DNA of 64,000 bases, taken from positions 1,674,001 through 1,738,000 of the forward strand of contig NW_026782064.1 of the NCBI RefSeq assembly GCF_031769215.1. Reading direction: 5' to 3'. Under the pieces are notes generated by a model. It was not told the origin of the DNA. It worked only from the letters and a program-made list of their open reading frames with translations, and made no database searches. Numbering within the stretch: the stretch's first letter is position 1; each line of letters begins with the position of its first letter. The translations under genes and the position numbers were made by a program. This DNA is from Ylistrum balloti (taxonomy: Eukaryota). This document shows positions 12,101-21,100 of the stretch, piece by piece.

Positions 12101-15100
12101 AGAGACAGGGGCCATGAAGACATCTCTGATTCCCACTTCCGTCCAGTTTTTTCCCTCCATTCTAATAAGCCCACTATATCAATGTCAACAACCACATTTG
12201 ATTCACTATCTTTAGCGAATTCTCATAATAATTTAAATAATGAAATAATTTGGCCCATTTGGAAAAATGTTAAGATCACTGAGTTTCCCTCAATTTATTA
12301 TATGAAGACTGCATGATTTGGTGAAAATTATGAGAATCTAAGACAAGAAAGAGGCTCATTGATGCAGACTTTACTGTCTATATGTATCAACAGTTATAAG
12401 AGATCATGATGTCCTTTGCTACATACACAATACGTGTTTATAATGTGATAGTTCTGACTAACAGACTTACACCAGGAGATACCTGTTTATAATGTGATAG
12501 TTCTGACTAACAGACTTACACCAGGAGATACCTGTTTATAATGTGATAGTTCTGACTAACAGACTTACACCAGGAGATACGTGTTTATAATGTGATAGTT
12601 CTGACTAACAGACTTACACCAGGAGATACGTGTTTATAATGTGATAGTTCTGACTAACAGACTTACACCAGGAGATACGTGTTTATAATGTGATAGTTCT
12701 GACTAACAGACTTACACCAGGAGATACGTGTTTATAATGTGATAGTTCTGACTAACAGACTTACACCAGGAGATACCTGTTTATAATGTGATAGTTCTGA
12801 CTAACAGACTTACACCAGGAGATACGTGTTTATAATGTGATAGTTCTGACTAACAGACTTACACCAGGAGATACGTGTTTATAATGTGATAGTTCTGACT
12901 AACAGACTTACACCAGGAGATACGTGTTTATAATGTGATAGTTCTGACTAACAGACTTACACCAGGAGATACCTGTTTGTAATGTGATAGTTCTGACTAA
13001 CAGACTTACACCAGGAGATACGTGTTTATAATGTGATAGTTCTGACTAACAGACTTACACCAGGAGATACGTGTTTATAATGTGATAGTTCTGACTAACA
13101 GACTTACACCAGGAGATACGTGTTTATAATGTGATAGTTCTGACTAACAGACTTACACCAGGAGATACCTGTTTATAATGTGATAGTTCTGACTAACAGA
13201 CTTACACCAAAGATACCTGTTCTCTACCATTACAGGTCAAATATCACTTATAGCCTATGATAAAATTTCATTAGACAACAGTAATGAACATGATTTCTTT
13301 CAATACAGAATAGAGGTCAAAATTATTTTAGTGGTCAAAATACTGACCTTTCAACTTTACAGGAGTTTGATTATTCATATAGAGCAAAGCACTTAAAAAA
13401 CTAAACATAGGAAAACATCTACTTGACCCCAAGTCTCAAAAACACTTCTATCCATTGTTTGGGGTTTTGCCTATTACATCTGAGCAAATTATCAATTATA
13501 TTTTTTGGGTGGTACTTTAAACAAAACCTAGAGTCCTGGGGTATGATAAATACTTTACTGGAATAGCCCTAAAATACCTGAATACCTTGGGTGGGGTAAA
13601 TGTTTTATTGGAACAGTCCTTCACAAAACCCATAGTCCTGGGGTGGGGTAAATGCTTTATTGGAACAGTCCTTCACAAAACCCATAGTCCTGGGGTGGGG
13701 TAAATGCTTCATTGGAACAGTCCTTAACAAAACCCATAGTCCTGGGGTGGGGTAAATGCTTTATTGGAACAGTCCTTCACAAAACCCATAGTCCTGGGGT
13801 GGGGTAAATGTTTTATTGGAACAGTCCTTCACAAAACCCATAGTCCTGGGGTGGGGTAAATGCTTTATTGGAACAGTCCTTCACAAAACCCATAGTCCTG
13901 GGGTGGGGTAAATGCTTTATTGGAACAGTCCTTCACAAAACCCATAGTCCTGGGGTGGGGTAAATGCTTTATTGGAACAGTCCTTCACAAAACCCATAGT
14001 CCTGGGGTGGGGTAAATGCTTTATTGGAACAGTCCTTCACAAAACCCATAGTCCTGGGGTGGGGTAAATGCTTTATTGGAACAGTCCTTCACAAAACCCA
14101 TAGTCCTGGGGTGGGTTAAATGCTTTATTGGAACAGTCCTTAACAAAACCCATAGTCCTGGGGTGGGGTAAATGCTTTATTGGAACAGTCCTTCACAAAA
14201 CCCATAGTCCTGGGGTGGGGTAAATGCTTTATTGGAACAGTCCTTCACAAAACCCATAGTCCTGGGGTGGGGTAAATGCTTTATTGGAACAGTCCTTTAC
14301 AAAACCCATAGTCCTGGGGTGGGGTAAATGCTTTATTGGAACAGTCCTTCACAAAACCCATAGTCCTGGGGTGGGGTAAATGCTTTATTGGAACAGTCCT
14401 TCACAAAACCCATAGTCCTGGGGTGGGGTAAATGTTTTATTGGAACAGTCCTTCACAAAACCCATAGTCCTGGGGTGGGGTAAATGTTTTATTGGAACAG
14501 TCCTTCACAAAACCCATAGTCCTGGGGTGGGGTAAATGCTTTATTGGAACAGTCCTTAACAAAACCCATAGTCCTGGGGTGGGGTAAATGCTTTATTGGA
14601 ACAGTCCTTCACAAAACCCATAGTCCTGGGGTGGGGTAAATGCTTTATTGGAACAGTCCTTCACAAAACCCATAGTCCTGGGGTGGGGTAAATGCTTTAT
14701 TGGAACAGTCCTTCACAAAACCCATAGTCCTGGGGTGGGGTAAATGTTTTATTGGAACAGTCCTTCACAAAACCCATAGTCCTGGGGTGGGGTAAATGTT
14801 TTATTGGAACAGTCCTTCACAAAACCCATAGTCCTGGGGTGGGGTAAATGCTTTATTGGAACAGTCCTTCACAAAACCCATAGTCCTGGGGTGGGGTAAA
14901 TGCTTTATTGGAACAGTCCTTCACAAAACCCATAGTCCTGGGGTGGGGTAAATGCTTTATTGGAACAGTCCTTAACAAAACCCATAGTCCTGGGGTGGGG
15001 TAAATGCTTTATTGGAACAGTCCTTAACAAAACCCATAGTCCTGGGGTGGGGTAAATGCTTTATTGGAACAGTCCTTCACAAAACCCATAGTCCTGGGGT

Positions 15101-18100
15101 GGGGTAAATGCTTTATTGGAATAGTCCTTCACAAAACCCATAGTCCTGGGGTGGGATAAATGTTTTACCGGAAGAGCCCTAAATAAGAGCTAAACCTGGA
15201 GTCCTGATGTCTGATTACTGGAATAAATAGCCCATTCCCCAAAACAAAAAACAATGGAAAAGCAATCATACAGAATGGAATTCTTTTGTCTAAGTCTATT
15301 TATTACTTTATAGGTTTTTTTCTATTTCTGAGGAGAGATCAAAATCTTTAAAAATTGAACCTTTAAAGTCAAATAGAGGAAGTTGATAGCTGTTTGATGA
15401 CTTCCTTCAAAAATACATCCACTTTGCTTCAAACTACTCTTAAAACCACCTGAATTCAAACCATTGAGAAAAAATTTGGCACATCAGCTAGCCTTACACT
15501 TTAGACTGTGCTTACTTTATTAATCGATAATACTGCTGATAGATGCAGAAGATAATTACTTTAGAATCAGTGATTTTACCACATTTAATCAAAGGGGGAA
15601 AAAATTGTGTACCTCTTGAGGAAGCTCTAGTAGGAGTGTTTCTAGTATTGGTTCTTCCTACTGTCGTTTTCTGATTTTGTGGTGCAGTGTTCATTATAGG
15701 TGTCTGAGATTTATTAGATCCTCCAGCAAACTGTGATTGAAATGTCATGACACACTGATAGGAACAGAAGTTCCTAACTGAAGCATCACTCATTGTGAGA
15801 TGATACTGGGCAGGTACAAACTTTCTACACTGGTCACAGACCACCGCCTGATTGGATGTCGCCTGTAGATTCACTCTGTATAATGAAAGACAGTTGAGTG
15901 AACAGAACAGTTGGTACTTGTTGTTGGCATCAACACGCTCGATCATGTCAAAGTTGCTCTTTTTACAATTACACCATGCACAAGATACAACCTTTTTGTT
16001 CAGAGCTTTGAATGTGTTCACACACATAAAGCTGCAGAAACGTTTCTGTTGGCCTTCAAATTGTATATACTGTGGTGCCATACCCTCATTGTAGCAGTAG
16101 ACACCACAATTGTCACAAGTGTTCATGGTCAGTTTATTGGCATACTGAAAAGCTGAGAAGCATGGATCGCCACACAATCTGTTCATCTTCCCTTCCAATT
16201 TAATCTCATGCTTCACAGGCCCTGTTTTCCTACAAACAGCACATTGGAAGTTCCCTTTAGGGGGCACCTGTGATTTCTGAGGACGGTCAATACCAACAAT
16301 CTCAACATCACGATTGGATTTCTCCTCATACTTCTGCAAACAGCTTTGACTACAAAAGTCCTTGAATAAAGCATCTTTCCCAACTGGTGCTACAAAAGCA
16401 TCAGATATTTTGGTAACATCCTTTTGGCAAAATTCGCAAAGTTTTTGTCTCTTCTTGAATTCATTATAGCAAGGGCCAGAACAAAATTGTTTGACATCAT
16501 TATCAACCCGAGCACAGAATTTACCCTTGGAGGCTTGCTGAACAGTAAGACCACAATAGTTACAAGCAGCATTCAGTCCAGCTTGAAATTTTCCCAAACA
16601 GTCCTCACCACAGAAGTCCATACATTGCCAGTTGAGGAATGGCTTTGATGTCTTTACATTCATCAGCTGACATATGGAGCATGTCTTGTATCTCTCCTGA
16701 GAAGGTGGAGGAACAGGTGGTGGCGGGGCTTGGGCAGGACCCTCTGGCTTCTTTGTCACCTGGTTGTCAGCTGATGCACGAAGAAACATAGTGGGGTTGG
16801 CACGGAACTGCTTGAAGCAGATATCATCACACAGATGCTTGATATCTCCATTTCTCACAATGTTATATTTACATTTACCAATCTGAAAAAGAAATATCAC
16901 AAAAGGTGATAAAATAGTCAACACAAAAATGTAAATAGATCCGAACATCTTGATCAACCACTTCAATCCTTTTTGTCCATAAGAAAACTAAACCATAATA
17001 ATACAAAAAAGCATTTTTTCAATGAATTTTTTTAGTAGTAAACTCTTGGTTCAAACAAGAACATCACGCTTTCTTCCAATTTAATGAAATGCTGAAGGTA
17101 CTATGTTTGTAAAAGTATCTGTTCTCAGTTTGTAATCACATGCAAACATATCTATTTCTCATACCTACCTTTTGACAAACAATGCAGGTCTGAGTTTTGG
17201 ATGTACTCTTAACTTTCGTCTCCCCACTTTTAGGTTCTTGTTTGATTTCTTTGGAAACTGAAAATGTAACATGATTTACAAACTAAATAGCTAAAACTGA
17301 AATAAATATGAACTCTGCTGAAATCTAACTTTAAATCATAAGTTCAGTTATCCATTCTGAAATAATGTTTCATGAAACATCAACATTTGACAGGAACTGA
17401 CTTCATGTGAGGCCTTGAAAAGTCAAGTTTTTCCCCTATATTATATTTGTGTCAAGAAAGCTGCAACTCCACAACATAAAACCATTAATTTTTCAGCTAC
17501 CTCAATTTCAGTTTCAACAAATAATTGTAAAGACTTTATAATTTTCCTTACTAAACCTTAGACAGTTTGCTGTACATGATAGTAAACAGGATCTTACCAT
17601 TTTCTTCTTTGATATTGAGTTCCCCTTCTTTTTTGTCTTCTTTCTTTTCCTCAAACTGTGAAATTTACATATAAGAGAATGGAATAAAAAAAGATGTATT
17701 GTTTGTAAATAGTAAAATGTTTATGATTTGCAGGTTTGATTATCCTTGTAGGTCTCTGTGAATTCAGGCACCATCTCATACCGATTGTGACTTCCAAGTA
17801 GTTAGCATCTCTTCATGATAGAATAATGCTGACAATAATAAAACCAATTAAATGATTCTTCAGGATGATGAAATCAAAGTACTATTAATACTAATACAAG
17901 GTCCCGGTACTACACTTCCCCTTTCAATCTTCACATTGACATTACTACCCAATGAATGAAGAAAACAATGTACCTGCCCAGCAGTAGTTGGTGTAATGTA
18001 TACATATACTGAGCCAGAGTGCTGTTTTGTATGTGGTTGATTTCTTCTGATGACATATCAACAACATTTTCATACTAATGATTTAAGATCTTCTAGAAAC

Positions 18101-21100
18101 TTACATTTTGTTCTGGCATGTCAACCCCTCCACTGACTGAGGCAATCTGTAGACACATCTCTCCATTTTCCACTACAGGCCTTTCATCTTTGTTTTCATC
18201 TTTGTTATCATCTTTCATCGTTATTTTTTCATCTTTGGCCTTGTTTCCTTCATCATCAGAATGAATGTCTATAATCTTAACATCATCATCTTCATCATCT
18301 TCTGCTGATTTAGGTTTCGTGTCTTCTGAAGGTTCAGTTATTACTTTTTCCAATGTAACTTCACCTTCCTGTTTCATTTCAGTATCATTATCTGTATCTT
18401 TGACATGTGCAATTTTTTCTCCAACCTCTTCTTGAACGCCATTTTCTTTATCATCAAGCTTCTGCTTGCTTTCATTCTCTGTGTCTATCATTTCAACATC
18501 ATCATCTTTGTTGCTTTCATTTGCATCAGATACCTTTCCACTATCCTCCCCAGTTTCTTTCTGAGAAGAATTTTGGTCAACATCCATCATCTCATTGTCC
18601 TCTAACATCTCTGCATTTCCAGTAACAGAGCCGATTTGAAGCATCATATCTCCGGGAGAAGCCTGACCTTCATCTTGTTGGGATTCATCTAACATTCTTT
18701 CACTCCGTTCATTATTTTCAGAATCATCCATCATTTCCTTGTTTTCCACATCTTCCAGCAATTTATCTTCCTCAACAATATCTTGTTCCTCTGCTGACAA
18801 CTGAACAGGTGTATTGTTTTCCTCTGTTTCAGCAGTAACCTCTTCATTTGTCTCTGAAGTTTCCAAAACTGACTCATCGTGTAAACTGTCATTTTGACAA
18901 ACTGATTCATCTACTTGCATGGTCTGGTCATCACTCTGGTTTTCTGTCCAATTTTCAGTGTTTTCTAAATTGTCAACATTTTCTGATTCTGTCAATGTAG
19001 TCTCTACAACAGCAGAATCGTCTTCTAGTGATGTCTTTTCTGCCACAGGTGAGTTATCTAATACTGGAGGCTCCTCTGTTTCTGCTACACCCGGTGTGTC
19101 TTCTACTGGCAATGAATCATCTACACTTAGTGTGTCCTCTACTGGTGATGAATCTCCTACATCTGGTGTGTCCTCTACTGGCGATGAATCATCTACAGCT
19201 GGTGTGTCCTCTATTGGCGATGAATCATCTACAGCTGGTATGTCCTCAACTGCAGTTGAAGCATCAGCAGTTTGTGTGTCCTCAACTGCCAATAAACCTT
19301 CTGCATTCTCTGATTCATCATTGATGACGTTCTCTACATCTCCTGCATCAGCTGTTTCCAATGTTTCAATATCTTCTTCCTTTTCATTTTCAATGTCTTC
19401 CACTTTTTGTTCTTCTGTGCTGGAAATTGTATTGTCATCTAGATTTTGGTTCACAGCTTCTTCTGAAAGATAAACAATCTGATCAAAATTGATTTGATTT
19501 CACAAATATACTATATTACTATAATGGGTTTTATGATAGAAGATAAAATTACAAAGGTTGAAATACAGTTAATCACAATTTCTTTCAATGTTGAAGCAGT
19601 ATTATTTTGAGATAGTTAATCATGAAGTTAGTAAACTGCATTTTCTTTTCTGTTACCCAGACAATGAAACATCATCCCTTGAAATGATTAGAAGTTTCGG
19701 TTCATCTCAGGAGTCTTGCAAATACTCTTTTTCTTATGAGGGCCCAAAAAATTCAGAATTGAATATTTTTCAGGAAATGTCAAAATTCAGACATCAATAA
19801 AATTACAAAAGTTTACGAGATTTTTCAAAACGACAAAAATCATGAAAACAGAAGATATAGCAAGGACAAGGGCTACCAATAGTATTAGGTTTTCACATGG
19901 TCTCTCATAAGCATGACTGAATTGTTTGCTGGGTTTATGACACAGTGAAAAGCCAGGGTCAGTTTTAGGTGAGTCTCCTTATAGAAACTGTTGACTAGCT
20001 CACTGAACAACTGATCCACATCATTAAAGGTGAAGTGTCTTACCCAAGGACACAATCACATCAGCAGAGGCCAGTCAGTATCTCAGTTTCCTGAGAAACA
20101 CAAACCCTTGCAGGTAGGTAGTGTTAAACCATGAACCGCATATCTTCATTCAAGGTTATGTAGGTCAATGCCTTACTTGACTGAGGTATCACAGAGCTCT
20201 ATCATTACCTTGTAATAGGAGTGGGGAAATACACCACCAGACCAGGATTCAAATGCAAGCCTCTTCAAACTATATATGAGCACTTTACTAATTGTGTTAA
20301 GAATGGACACTGTATTTTTCTGCTACCATGCCCCCTCAAAGACTCATCTATTTACAACCCTGCTTCAGGTGTCCCCTTCTCAAGCCTTCACCAACTTGAA
20401 ACAAAAGTTGGTCACAAGCACCAAATGTAACAGGAGCAGAAAAATGCACCGCCACACCTGGATTCAAACCCAGGACCATCTATAATCTTGACCGAAGCTT
20501 TGCTAACTGAGCTACCTGGTTGCCAATGATTGACGCATTTCAATTCTGCTACACTTTAATACCAGTGGGAAAACATTTGCCATTTCTGCCTTTAAATAGA
20601 TGTAGAAAGTAAAATACATATTTAATATCATATATACTGGTCCTTTACCCACCTGTTGTGTTATCACCAGTCTGTTCAACATCCCTCAGCTGCAAGAAAA
20701 ATAATAAGCAGTGATCATAAAATCTCTGAACAACAGCAAAAGTATGATAAAACTGATTGAACAAACCATAAAACCCACCTGATAAGAGCAGATTTGAATT
20801 CTGAACAAACCACAATCCCACCTGACAAGGGCAGATCTAAATTGTAAGAGCTTTTCTATGAAATGTTTTGCACACAAGAAAAATTCCATCAATGCCCATA
20901 ATCTATTTTGTAAAAATACTTGTCATATTGATAACTATAATCAAACAGTTTAAGTTAAATTTTTTTATAAATCTAAAGCAGTGACATAATCCTGAAATGC
21001 TGCTTTACAATCCATTCATCAAGAGTATTTTCTAACAAACATTTTAGTAATATTACCAGCAGCATGTAAAAAACGACAGCAAGTCTAGGTTGTTTTTTGT

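Noticed and set aside
2694-15166. Tandem arrays as CRISPR arrays
   Set aside because: The units are contiguous and near-identical with no unique spacers, there are no cas genes, and the context is eukaryotic introns.
17973-18046. AG...GT block between ZMYM exons 3 and 4
   Set aside because: It gives an implausible peptide and is phase 0 to 1, so including it would frameshift exon 4, which already joins exon 3 in phase.
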